Positions 1-11,160 of a DNA stretch of 64,000 nucleotides are shown piece after piece. Location of the stretch: the NCBI GenBank assembly GCA_051362555.1, contig CM120645.1:16740001-16804000 (forward strand). Reading direction: 5' to 3'. The first letter of the stretch is position 1. Every line of letters starts with the position of its first letter. The position numbers were made by a program, and so were the translations under genes. The notes beneath the pieces were generated by a model. That model was not told the DNA's origin. It saw nothing but the letters and a program-made list of their open reading frames with translations, and ran no database searches. The DNA comes from Lingula anatina. Taxonomy: Eukaryota > Animalia > Brachiopoda.

Positions 1-667
1 AGTTTCATTTGAAGACATGTGCCAACATCTTAAAATTTTATTTCTCATGTTAGAAAAGTAAATATTATCCTTTGGAAACTGTACTGTCACTGAACAGAAA
101 TATTGTTAAATCTGTTTATCAACAAAAAACAAGAAATTACAGTCATATATTGTGCTTTATTAATCAAATTAAAAAATCGAACAAAATCAGCAAAATTCAA
201 GCCATGTCCATATTTCTCTTCTTTTCATCTTTTGCCACATTTCTCTTCTTTACTCATCCTGTCTTGCTCTGTCCATCTAAAAAAAAAGAGTATACCATAA
301 AGTCCTATAAATTCACCGCACAGCACAATGCTAAACATCCAAATCTTAAACGACCACGTGGAGGACAAAAAACATTTCAAAATACATATTTCTGTTTGAT
401 AAGTCCTAAAATCAAGTTCAAGTGTTTAGTGTTCATATAAAGAAAAGGTAGAAAGCTAGGCAGAAAAAATGTATTGGATATTTAAAAAAAAAACAAAGTG
501 CTAAAACTGCTTTGAAGAATACTTTATATACATTCCTCACACATCTACGTGATGTTGATATGTCTTAGGGTTTATGGCTGCATTCACTTATTCTCTTACT
601 TTATACTTGAGAATAATAACAAAATATAATTAGCTTACAGTAAGTGATGTTCTATTTTAAAACTTAC

Positions 668-896
668 TCTGCACAGCTCTTTCATCTAGAGAATCCTTCA
701 CAAAAGAAACTATTGCTGACAGTTCCTGTGGGCTGAAAAAACTCTCTAGTAACTTCTTTATCACAAAGGGACTTGACTTTTTTGGTATACTTTGTGAGAG
801 TTTCAATGAGCCACCAACTATAGATATTCACAGCAAAGTCTGTCATGCCAGTCTTGTCATGCCAGGTTCTGTATGTTGTCTACTCTCTAGGATCAC
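668..896 (-). pseudogene. Exon-like relic with a BEN-domain-like peptide (disrupted)
   Basis: Bounded by TTCAG acceptor (897) and GTAAGT donor (667). One frame reads SSPFVIKKLLESFFSPQELSAIVSFVKDSLDERAVQ, resembling the BEN core, but no frame is open across the whole exon. Confidence 0.25.
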
Positions 897-1300
897 CTGA
901 AGTAAACAATTATTCAACAAATATCCATTTGTTCAAGTAACACAGTAAGGACAGATTATATTATATAGATAACTTTTAATAAACAACAAACCAAAAATTA
1001 AATGAAATGCAAATCTGTTTTATAAGAAATGAAGAGACTAAACAGAAATTGCATTCTGTATCCTTGTTTCTTTGTTGGCTAAAAGGGAAGTGCATACATT
1101 ATAAATTATAACTTATTTAATGTAATATAGATTTAATGTTTACAATGTACGCTACAAATTAGATCTTTTTTTTATTTTCAATTTGATTAGATGCCCAAAT
1201 GATCCAATGCATCACTGTAATACACATCTTCCTCAATCCAATTTTTCTACACTGTGTACTCTTCCACTATGCTCCTGAATTAAAACTGGCTTGATAGTTA

Positions 1301-1515
1301 GGCTCTGTTCTCACAACTTTTAGATCGATCTGTCACCGCGGGGAGTCTCACTAGATTACTGTCAGATAATCCCCCTTAAGTGTCCGTCCCCGCCTACTAC
1401 AAGCTTTAAGGGGTAATTAACTTTCGTGTCCGCCCGGCTGACAGCTATTTAGCGTGAACCCCCAGGGAGTTAGGTCGATCCAATGTAGGTCGATCTAATC
1501 TATGAGAATGGGGTG
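1301..1515. mobile_element. PIF/Harbinger-type (Tourist-like) MITE, family A
   Basis: Imperfect TIRs (GGCTCTGTTCTCA...TGAGAATGGGGTG) with TAGATCGATC subterminal motifs and TTA on both sides; reverse-complement homolog of 4133-4357. Confidence 0.75.
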
Positions 1516-1645
1516 TTACTATACAGCCTTCACTCATTTGTTGCTTGTCTCATATAAACAAAGACTTACACAGGATACCACACCACTGGTAACACCAAAT
1601 AGGTGGTTACTGTAATATAATTGGTAACAATAGCTACATGAACAG

Positions 1646-3684
1646 GGGGTCATGCCGGTTGCATGCCTATACGTCCCCGCACCGATACTCCCCCGCTTCT
1701 TAACATCCCCTCACCAAAACTTCCCCGCACCGATATTCCCCCGCTTCTTTACACCCCCGCACCGATACTCCCTCGCACCGAAACTCCAACGCTTCTTTAC
1801 ATCCTCGCATCGATACTCCCCCGCACTCATACTCCCGCGTACCGATACTACGCAAAAACACTACTCCCCCAAGGCATAGATTCCCTTGGCTTTGTTAACA
1901 CAATTCGTGATTCAAAACCCTTTCTATAATGGTTTGTTTTTTTAAAGATGCACCACCCTCTTGGGACCCAAAATTGACGCATTGTATTCGAAATATATGG
2001 GGAAAATAAAGAACGCTACACGAAGTCGATCTCAGACTTTGTGTGCAGCTTGACAGTACGTAGGCTTACAGCTCTTCCTTGTGATTTTTGAGAAATGTTT
2101 TTGCAAAATTAATATCGTTCTCCTACTGTAGTTACCGTATATATATTGTACGCCATTTTATTTATTTATTTATTTATTTATTTATTCATTTATTTATTCA
2201 TTTATTTATTTATTTATTTACTTAAGGCAAAGTTAGTTTTAATCTAAGATAACGCAGCTATGTCTTTTCTTCAGGCAACGATGAATTCGTTAAATTATTA
2301 AGTAATAAAAAAGCATTGCTAAAGCGCTTTGTTTTCTGTCATCTTCCTCCAACCTTCTTTTCTGCTCTTTAAGCTTCCTTCCCTTGTCTTTTGGAGGCAT
2401 ATTCGAATCTGAATTGAGCAAAATTCAAAAATTTTGAAAATTGTTGCACAACGAAATTGTAGAGACACGAGCATGCGTCGTGAGCGCGCCTTTTATACTC
2501 GCAGTTCCGCCGCGTTTTCGACTTACTTCGTTATAGATGTGAGGGCGTGCGTTGTACTCAACACGCAAAGGGCACTTTCTCCTTCACTGCTCCTTCATTG
2601 GAAATGTTCAATATCCTCCCTACGTGCTTACATACTTGCGAACTCGAAATTTCGCATAAAGGACTTGCGTGGCACATGAGATTCTTCGCAAAATTTGGAC
2701 TCAAACGGGTCGTAAGAGCCCGTGCGGCCGGTTGTGACCGAGACTAATGTGTTGTCGTCCAAGATTTTTTAGGAACTTTGCGGCTTCTTTTGTACAATAC
2801 CGATGTTCAATTTTAAGCAATTAAGATTTGTATGCACCGCGCAATAGCATAAAAACAACATCACCAAGGATTTCCCTGCGGCCATTTTTTCCACATATGT
2901 CACCAATATCCAAAGTGTTTTTCCATTTGAAAAAAGTATTTCTTATACAGTGTAGGCCGTGCTTCCGACTCGTTGACCAATTTATCAAATCTATATGTGA
3001 AACAATATCGATGTGAGGTGACAGACTCCCCCATGATAGACAGTCCGGTTCCCATCAATTTTCATAGGTTATTAAACCCCTCCCTAGATTTTGACCCACT
3101 TACGTAGACTGACCCTAACCTGTATAATTAAATGGAGGGTTGCCTCTCTTTTACCCAGACCCTCAGTTTCGTGGAAATTGCACAGGGGGAGTAATGATGT
3201 GGGCGAGTATCGGTGCGGGGGAGTAACAGTGCGCGTATAACGGCAATTTTAGAGGGGATTTAACGATGTGGGGATCTATCGGTGTGGGGTCGTATCGATG
3301 TGCATAATGCAAAAATTTACTAAGGGGTAGTATCGGTGCGGGGGAGTATCGGTGCGGGGGAGTAACGATGCGGGGGAGTATCGGTGCGGGGGAGTAATGG
3401 TGCGGGGGAGTATCGGCACGACGCTTGCATGCCTATACGTCCCCGCACCGATACTCCCCTGCACTGGTACATCCCCGTACCAATACTTCTCCGCACCGAT
3501 ACTCCCCCACAATTACAGATATACTGAGGGGGAGTATCGGTGCGGGGATGTACCGGTGCGGGGATCTATCGGTGTGGGGTCGTATCGATGCGCATAATAC
3601 AAAAAATTACTAAGGGAGGTTATCGGTGCGGGGGAGTATCGGTGCGGAGGGAGTAATAGTGCGGGGAATTATGGACATGACCCC
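1646..3684. mobile_element. Foldback-like non-autonomous DNA transposon with subterminal repeat arrays
   Basis: Terminal GGGGTCATG...CATGACCCC. Left arm (1675-1870) has tandem CCCGCACCGATACTCCCC motifs; right arm (3185-3670) has the inverted GGGGAGTATCGGTGCGGG motifs. No clear TSD. Confidence 0.7.
3012..3176. mobile_element. Diverged copy of the short Ginger1-like MITE, nested in the foldback element
   Basis: Collinear with 4618-4761 (GTGACAGA...TGATAGA...CCCTAACC...GGAGGG...GACCCTCAGTTTCGT); termini degenerate. Confidence 0.5.
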
Positions 3685-4132
3685 GTTAAGGTTATATTGC
3701 CCTTGACTTATTCTCATACTTTGAGTGAGGTAAACACCATAGTTTGTTAGAACAAAACAATTTATAACTAGCTTTACATAATGTTATTGATTTGTTTGTT
3801 GGACATATTAAATAACTGGTACATATGAAATAATCAAATGATTAAAAGTTTTTACTTTTAAATAGCATACCCAAATAAAATTGAAAGCTTGCTGTACACT
3901 CAACTCACACAACTTAAACTTTCTAAGTTTCCTGTACACTTGTTGCACACTGCTGATGAAATTGAAAGTTTATTGCACACTTTCTGCACATGCCTGTTGA
4001 AAAACCAAGTGTCTTGCACATTTTCTGCACACTCATGACAGAAAAATTACATTTTCTGCATACTTGTTGCGTACTCTTGATCAAATTTTAAGGTTATTGC
4101 ACACTCTCCGCATGCTTCTATTGAAATACCAA

Positions 4133-4357
4133 GGGTGTATTCCCAGAGATTTAGATCGATCCAGGGATTAAGATTTAGATCGACCTATCTCCCTGGGGGT
4201 TCACGCTAAATTGCAGTCAGCAGAGCGCGTACCATAGTTAATTACCCCCTTAGAGCTTTCAGTAGGCGGGACAGACGCTTAAGCCGGCTAAGCTGACAGT
4301 AATCAAGTGAGACTCCCCACAAGGATAGATCGATCTAAAATCTATGGAAATGGGGTC
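4133..4357. mobile_element. PIF/Harbinger-type MITE, family A
   Basis: TIRs GGGTGTATTCCC...GGAAATGGGGTC with CAA/TAA flanks; inverted homolog of 1301-1515; inserted in a TGCACAC-rich degenerate repeat (3890-4535). Confidence 0.75.
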
Positions 4358-4617
4358 TAAGTCTCTTGCATACCTTCTGAACACTATCTGTACTTATGGA
4401 AGTGTGCAGTGGGTGTGCAGCAAGAAAGAATTTTTATCGCACACTTCTGCACACTCCCCAAAGCTGTCTACTGCACACTCTAGAGTGTGCCGCACATGTG
4501 CGGTACATTCGCAGCACATGTGCTGCACACTTTTCATTTTGCTAAGAGCTGCCATTCCATTGCTACCAAATAACGGGCTCATCATTTGCTTGTCTAGCCT
4601 GCAAAACTGTGAAGCGG

Positions 4618-4761
4618 TGTAACGTGACAGAGGTCCCCTCTGATAGAGAGTCCGCTTTTTTTCCATTCATCTATACAGGTACTGTATGCATCGCTAACCC
4701 TAACCATTATAACTAAAAGGAGGGCGGACTTTTTGTTTCACGGACCCTCAGTTTCGTTACA
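4618..4761. mobile_element. Short non-autonomous Ginger1-like element
   Basis: TGTAACG...CGTTACA termini with imperfect longer TIRs; flanks GCGG/CCAG (CCGG-like). Confidence 0.65.
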
Positions 4762-5583
4762 CCAGAGACAGCATGGCTACAGTTGGATTGTTGAAAAGTT
4801 ATTTTGGCACCGAGAGATTCTGTTCTGGTCCTACACCTGTGAATGTCCATCATGATTTATCAAAAGAGGTCCCTTGGCTGGCTCTGGTTTGGCCCTGAGA
4901 ATATTTTATGCGGTGTAATATTTTAAGAAATTTGGAAACCTGCTATTGTGTCGTTCAAGAGGAAGGGTTAGTTACTTTTAGTTTTAGCAACCCATTTCAA
5001 AGTCTTGTGGTTGATCCACGAGATCAACGGGCTTGCTGGGCCATGTTTTACAGCATAAATTGAAAAACATAAATTTCAGTAAAAAAACTTCTGTCTACAT
5101 TTCTTATAACTCTTTGTTAAAGATACCTTTCTGCCTCCACCCCATCCGAGGACTTGTAATTGATGCTTCTATTTCTTGGTTCTGTGCTGTATATAAACGG
5201 GGCAGATAAGTAGATCAGAAAAGTAGGTCAAATTAACGGCCAAAATATTGCAAGTTCATGCAAAACTGTCGACCGCATTAAAATTGTAAGGATTTCAAAT
5301 TATAATACCCCATTGAACCGACCAAAAAACTCACAACATGCATTTGCTGACAATAAAAATAAAATGGTTGCCCTAAATAGTAAAAGCAAGCAGCTTCCTA
5401 CGTAGACATCAAATCAAATAAAGATGGCTCCCACTAAATACGATAGCAAAGTTTGGGTGCATGAAATTCCTAACACAAAACACATAAATACATGCAAAAA
5501 AAATTTAAAGTATATATGGTAGAGCAGCAGCTTTTTTAGCGTTTTTTTTTTTTTTTTTTTTTTCGCGTCCGTGCTGGTCCCGG

Positions 5584-6130
5584 TGTGGCGTGTACCGCTC
5601 GGGGCGTGAATCATCCGTTCTGCTCATGCGCACAAAGCGCAGGCAAATCTGAGAGACTTCCGGCGTGTACAGTCCGTCTCTATAGAGTCATCAATACATT
5701 CTTAGCCTTTAATGAACATGCGCTGTTGAGAACATACTGCAAATTCAAACATAATCTTTAGAAATATTCATATCTTAAAGATGTTCACCGCTACAGGGAT
5801 TTCCCTCAGGTGGCCATATCAACACACTAGCCTAGTAAAATCAATACTAAAATAGTAGCCAGCAGCTGAATAACGACGGCCCGTCCACGGTAGGTTCATC
5901 CATGCGTCGAGCTGTAATTTGACGCTGATTCTCTATCAAAATTATCAATTAACACATGAATTTGATCCCCATCATAGTAAATGTATAATGTGGTAGGAAA
6001 TGAACTAGCCGAATATAACAGTACAGGTAAATAACAACGGATCATTCACAGAACGGCTCATACACGCGCCTGCTGCGTGTACAATCGGTCAGAACGGATG
6101 GTTCACGCAGAACGGACCGTACACGTGACA
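5584..6130. mobile_element. Non-autonomous Ginger1-like DNA transposon (547 bp)
   Basis: TGT...ACA termini, ~60-bp imperfect TIRs, exact CCGG duplication (5580-5583 and 6131-6134); absent from the paralogous site near 12090. Confidence 0.8.
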
Positions 6131-7222
6131 CCGGTGACGCAACTAATGCGCAGCGCAGCTACATGTAGCTCTATCGAATCAATATACCTCGTCGGAATAC
6201 CGAACCTTCGTATTAGAGAACCCCTAGGGGTAGCGAACCCTTTGGCTTCAAAATAGAGGACTCTTCTAATATCGAACCCTAGATGGGTGCACTTCTTTAT
6301 AATGAAGGTTCACTATTACGAAGGCTCAGTATTCTGAAGGTTTGCATTTCCCAAATACGCGCCGAGAGGAGCGCACAGAAAGAAAGACCGTAAAAAAAAT
6401 ACACGTTAAGGTCGATGTGTACTTCCTCTGCACTTTATTTAATGGATCATCGTGAAATTACGTAGATGTAAATTATATGACGTAATATGTAAAAACATAT
6501 TAGTTAAATTCAATGCGGACTTTTTCATTGATAGATGAATGAACGTGAAATTTAATTATTATGAAATTAACTTATAATTTTGCAATTAGACCTGCATTTT
6601 GTCTCCAATTCGACATTGATTTAAAGGGTAAATGTTTTGCACGTCTCAGCACGCATACAAATGTCATGTTGCTTAGAAAACATGTATTCCATAAAAGCAC
6701 TAAATTTTGATACTGCAGTGTTTATTTATGAGAAAGATGCTTATTTAGAAAGCAATTTTACAAAAAATCAGAACGAGGTTGACTAAGGTCTTATATGCTA
6801 CAACGCTGCTATGGAGATTCCCAGGTTCTTGGTCTTCAACTCTGCACACAGAAAAGTTCACAGATTTTTATGCTTAACTTTATCAATTAAATTGTCAATC
6901 AAATAAATCATAAAGTGACACAAGTCCACTCCCTCATGGTGGACACTCCCAATAACTCCATGTAATCAAGATCCAGCAGATTAGCCTACTAGCTAGAAGC
7001 AAAGGACATTAAATTTTGAACTGCTAGGTGTGAAATATTATCTGAAACTACTTATACATCTTAGCTTTCCATGTTTGAATTTTATCCGAAAAAGACTACC
7101 ACTGATAGCATCATGTATGAAAAAATTAATTTTTTTCTTGGAGCAGATTTAGTAACGGCAAAGTTTACATTACAATATATTGCGCAGAAAAAGTAAATTA
7201 TGGCATGACTATTAGCATCATT

Positions 7223-8706
7223 TCATAGTTTTCCTTTCTTAAGTATCGTATAAATCATTTTAACTACACTTCTCAACAAATGACCTCGCCCGACAAAAAA
7301 CACCACATCCAACGGTCTGCCCCAAATCCGTTCATTAAAGAAAGCGTTCACGGCGCTGTTGCTACTTTCTCCATCTTGCAAAGTATGAGCACACTGGTAA
7401 CTTCCTCCTCTTTCCTTCTTGCAAGAATCTTTCACAACAAACGTGTCCTGGTCAAAAGTTGCCAGGCTGCTCATGCCCATGTCTGGTTTGTAGCGTTTGA
7501 TCACGTGGTTGGCAGTAAGCACGTGTTCTTCACTGGGTCGCGCCTCGGGAATTCTGTAGTCTGGGAACGGGTCATCCAGTATATGACAAAGTGAGCGATA
7601 ACCGCTCGGGGAGGCCCCAACATCTGTGGCGATGTAGGCAGTAATGAAATAATCAAGACTTAATAGAAACAAATTTAGCGCTGTGAATTTTTGAAGTCCT
7701 TTCCGTTTCATTGCACTTATGACCATCACCAAGCCTACGTGGAATATAGGCGTTTTGTTATCCGGCAGCTGCTGGACCTTCAGTATCGCCTGAAAAATAA
7801 AGCAAAAGATTTTTAAAAGGTGATTAAAAATAAAAATAATTTGAAATAACAAATTAAATAAAACGAAAAGACAAACAGAAAATCAGACAATTCAGTTTTT
7901 TACATTTCTTGAGCTTAGCGCCATGGCCGAGTGTACCGCTCTAGATGTAGGCTATGGTAGGCTTGGACCAAATAATTACGTCTAAGCATTGAACACGTTG
8001 AATGGGTCCTGGTTTCTGGGGGCAGGTATATTTAGGTACCCTTGTTATATAAAGAGGAACTATGAATGACAAAAAACGAGGTCAGAACGGACGCTTACAC
8101 CAGGAGTACGCTTATTGAGATTTATCTTGGCTTCCTTCACTGAAGTATCATAGCAGCGAATTCATGGCCAAATAACATTTCAGAAACTTCTTATTTTAAA
8201 TAAAGTTATGTAAAAGTTTAACAAATTTATTTAGGTGTCATATAACCTGATCCGAATCTCTAAATACCTGTTATTCATTAAAATAAACTGTAATCAAGTT
8301 ATAAAGGATGCGTTCAGTTGTAAAAGGAAATGATTGGCATCATCTCTTAGTTAAAGTTGAAACAAAATTTAACTTATATTGCGTAATCAATGTGTCTAAT
8401 CAATTATCTGGTTCCAATATGTTTTAGACTGCATTCCCAGGGCGGGACACACATTTAAGCCTGTTAAGCTGACACCAATCTAGTGAGACTCCCCAGGGGG
8501 ATAGATCGATCTAAATATCTATGGGAATGGGGTCTTACTGTGCGAATTATTTTTATGTTTTCATGTGCTTCTTCTTATGTACAGCATATAAAGAGAATAA
8601 TTGAATTGTAATAAGAGTTCGGTCAGTCGATCGCACTGATAGCTGGATTTCCCATGGAAGTGATAGTTGTTTGCCACGGAACCATGTTTGCACGGACATT
8701 GCCGAT

Positions 8707-8749
<43 letters not shown>

Positions 8750-9048
8750 CTCACATGAAACATAACAGGTTTTCCCTGTTTATAGATGATCATTATTATT
8801 CGTCTTCGTAAAGCCTCGACGTCTCCATGAAGCATTGTGTGAGTAAACAGCGTTCCCACGGAATTCATGGAAATAGCCTGCATTTCTGCTATAATAGTTT
8901 CAGCTATTTTCCCATGGGGTTCAACCCATCTTCTCATTGTCAGTCCACCAGTTAGGGGTAGACTCGTCCCATTCCGTATTGCCTTGAAAAGTGCTACGGC
9001 AGCGAATAGAAATAAGAAGAAAACTAAAATGAGTATCTCTTTCCACAT
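7223..9048 (-). CDS. Two-exon gene (join 9048..8755, 7789..7223), 286 aa; N-terminal hydrophobic segment plus GNAT-fold-like domain resembling a microbial hypothetical protein family
   Basis: ATG 9048, donor CAT|GTGAGT, acceptor TTTTTCAG|GCG, phase 0 join, stop at 7223. Motif-A-like IFHVGLVMVISAMKRKGLQ followed by PSEEH...FDQDTFVV...GGS...NAFFNERI blocks. Confidence 0.75.
8427..8534. mobile_element. PIF/Harbinger-type MITE, family A, internally deleted (intronic)
   Basis: GACTGCATTCCC...GGGAATGGGGTC with TTA on both sides; matches the right part of 4133-4357. Confidence 0.7.
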
Positions 9049-10329
9049 TGCAATCTAGTGGAATGTTGAATGCTAATGTTGAGCTTCTTAAGTTGTTTCT
9101 ACTGGCTTATATCATGGACCTCAAATCGGTGTTCCCCCTACTCGCCTTGTAGTCCCTATCAATGTGGTGAGTCGGCCAGCCAATGGGACCAGTCAAATTG
9201 ACGCCTACTCTCATGTGACCTTGTCCAGTTACTGTAATAGGAAAGGTAGGAGAGCATGAGTGAGGACAGCTTGGAAATCAAGCCAGATCCGTCAAAAAAG
9301 CCTTATTACCGGCAATATAACCCTTCCTATTGGTTAGAAGATATAAATTGTTCCGAAAGGACAGAGACTTTTGTTTTTAACTGACGACTTACAAAAATTT
9401 GGCACTTTTAGTGTGGTTAACGACCTTGAATATTTCTTAATTTATAATATTTTTATCACAATTTATAATCAGAAATTACACTCGCGAAAATGGTTTGAAA
9501 TGATACCAAGGGGCACCTTAAAGGCAATTGATCAACTTTGACTTGCGGCTGGTTTTACTTGTGGTAATACAGTGTCAATGTTTTCCGAATCTTTTGTTAC
9601 ACTTTTCAATATTTGTAAATTTTGCAAAACTTGTTTAAAAACTTTGAAAATACTTAAAAAGCATTCAGAGAGCTTAGACCTCCACAAAGACAATTCAATT
9701 CTCATTCTTCTTAACAACCATTTATTAATTAGGTAATTGAGTAACTGATTATCTCAATTCATTTTGAAGGCTTTATTAACAATAAACAAATCTAAATTGT
9801 CATCATTATTAATTATTAGTTTATGAAATAACTAACTACCTAATCACCACCCAAATACAGCCCATTTCCGACCTATCCCGAATTTCATCAAAATCCCTCC
9901 ATAACTTTTTGGATCACTATGACTAGACAGACAGACGAATAATTGAATTATAATTAACCATTGTTCAACGATAAAAATCAGGAAGTCAAAGTAAAGTTCA
10001 CTTTACAGACGCATGGTCATTTTTGGCCCAGATGAAAATAAACATTACCCATGGTAAGCAGTCCTAATACAAAATCTGTTATACTCTACAGTAGACATAA
10101 CAATAAAATACCAATTTTAGCACACATTAAATTGATATGTCTTGGTGACAAACAGGTCTCAACATCCACCACAACCCCAGTGTGTGCGGACACAGTCTGA
10201 TATGAGGCGTGGCTTATTGTTAACAAGGCTAGTTAGACATTTTTATTGAATTCTCCACTGTTATCTGTATACAATGACAGGTCGTAATTCATCTACCGTA
10301 CTGTTCTTGGAGATCATAAATTACTCCAC

Positions 10330-10528
10330 AGCACTGCAAAGTAGTACTTAATAACCTTGAGCGCGTTACACGTCACAAGTTTTGCGTAACTACCCACGTG
10401 CTCTATGGACATCATGGCGCCTGTTATGTGACCAAAACGTTGCGAAATCCGTGTTCACGTAGGATGTACGAGGGTATGGACTAACGGGAAAAATCTAAAG
10501 TGTACCAACTTTTTTGATGAACAGTGTA
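10330..10528. mobile_element. Possible Tc1/mariner terminal fragment
   Basis: Ends in ...CAACTTTTTTTGATGAACAGTG-TA, like a Tc1 TIR plus TA target; left boundary approximate and no partner TIR seen. Confidence 0.35.
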
Positions 10529-10644
10529 GTTTGCCGTGGACAATGAGTGTCACACATGCTATAAATTACAGTTCACCTATCTAATATTTGCATGGATAAT
10601 CCTGCTCTGGGCGATGGCAGCTGAGTGAAGAGATAAATCTCATT

Positions 10645-10678
<34 letters not shown>

Positions 10679-10877
10679 CTGGAGTCAGTAGAAAAACATT
10701 GTCATGAAGAACTCAGAGACATAATTGTGAATGTCTAGTGAAAAATCAATCTGCGACCCTGGTAGAGGGTAACTCGTATCATCATCAACTTTTGAACCCA
10801 CACTAGATATGCCATTCCATTGCTACCGAATAACGGGTTCATTATTTGCTTGTCTAGCCTGAAAAACTGTGAAGCGG

Positions 10878-11024
10878 TGTAACGTGACAGAGAGTCCTCT
10901 CTGATAGCGAGTCCGCTTATTCTCTATTCATTTGTACAGGTATGCATCGCTATAGGCTAAACCTAACCATTATAACTAAATGGAGGGCGGACTTTCTGCG
11001 TCACGGAGCCTCAGTTTCGTTACA
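10878..11024. mobile_element. Short non-autonomous Ginger1-like element (paralog of 4618-4761)
   Basis: TGTAACG...CGTTACA termini; flanks GCGG/CCGG. Confidence 0.65.
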
Positions 11025-11069
11025 CCGGAGACAGCATGGCTATAGTTGAATTGTTGAAAAGCATAAGTT

Positions 11070-11160
11070 ACCAACATGTGAACAAGATGTGCTGGGCTAC
11101 GGAGAACAGAACCCCAAGAGTCTCGCATTGGAACCATGTGGTATTCGCAGATGAACTATT
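11070..11160 (+). mobile_element. Tc1-like transposase fragment
   Basis: KMCWATENRTPRVSHWNHVVFADE resembles the Tc1 WA..H..W....W..V.FSDE motif at the first catalytic Asp. Confidence 0.5.

Larger units (their letters stand above)
4550..6595 (+). repeat. Direct duplication block, copy 1 (composite of TE fragments)
   Basis: Collinear with 10810-12510 from TGCCATTCCATTGCTACC to TGCAATTAGACCTGC; differs mainly by large indels. Confidence 0.9.

Noticed and set aside
1652-3613. Pro/Arg- and Gly-rich ORFs (1652, 1663, 3276, 3352, 3425)
   Set aside because: Translations of the foldback element's repeat arms, open on both strands and in several frames.
7223-9048. Bacterial contamination or chimeric assembly
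   Set aside because: The gene has a canonical spliceosomal intron containing a host MITE family seen elsewhere in the window.
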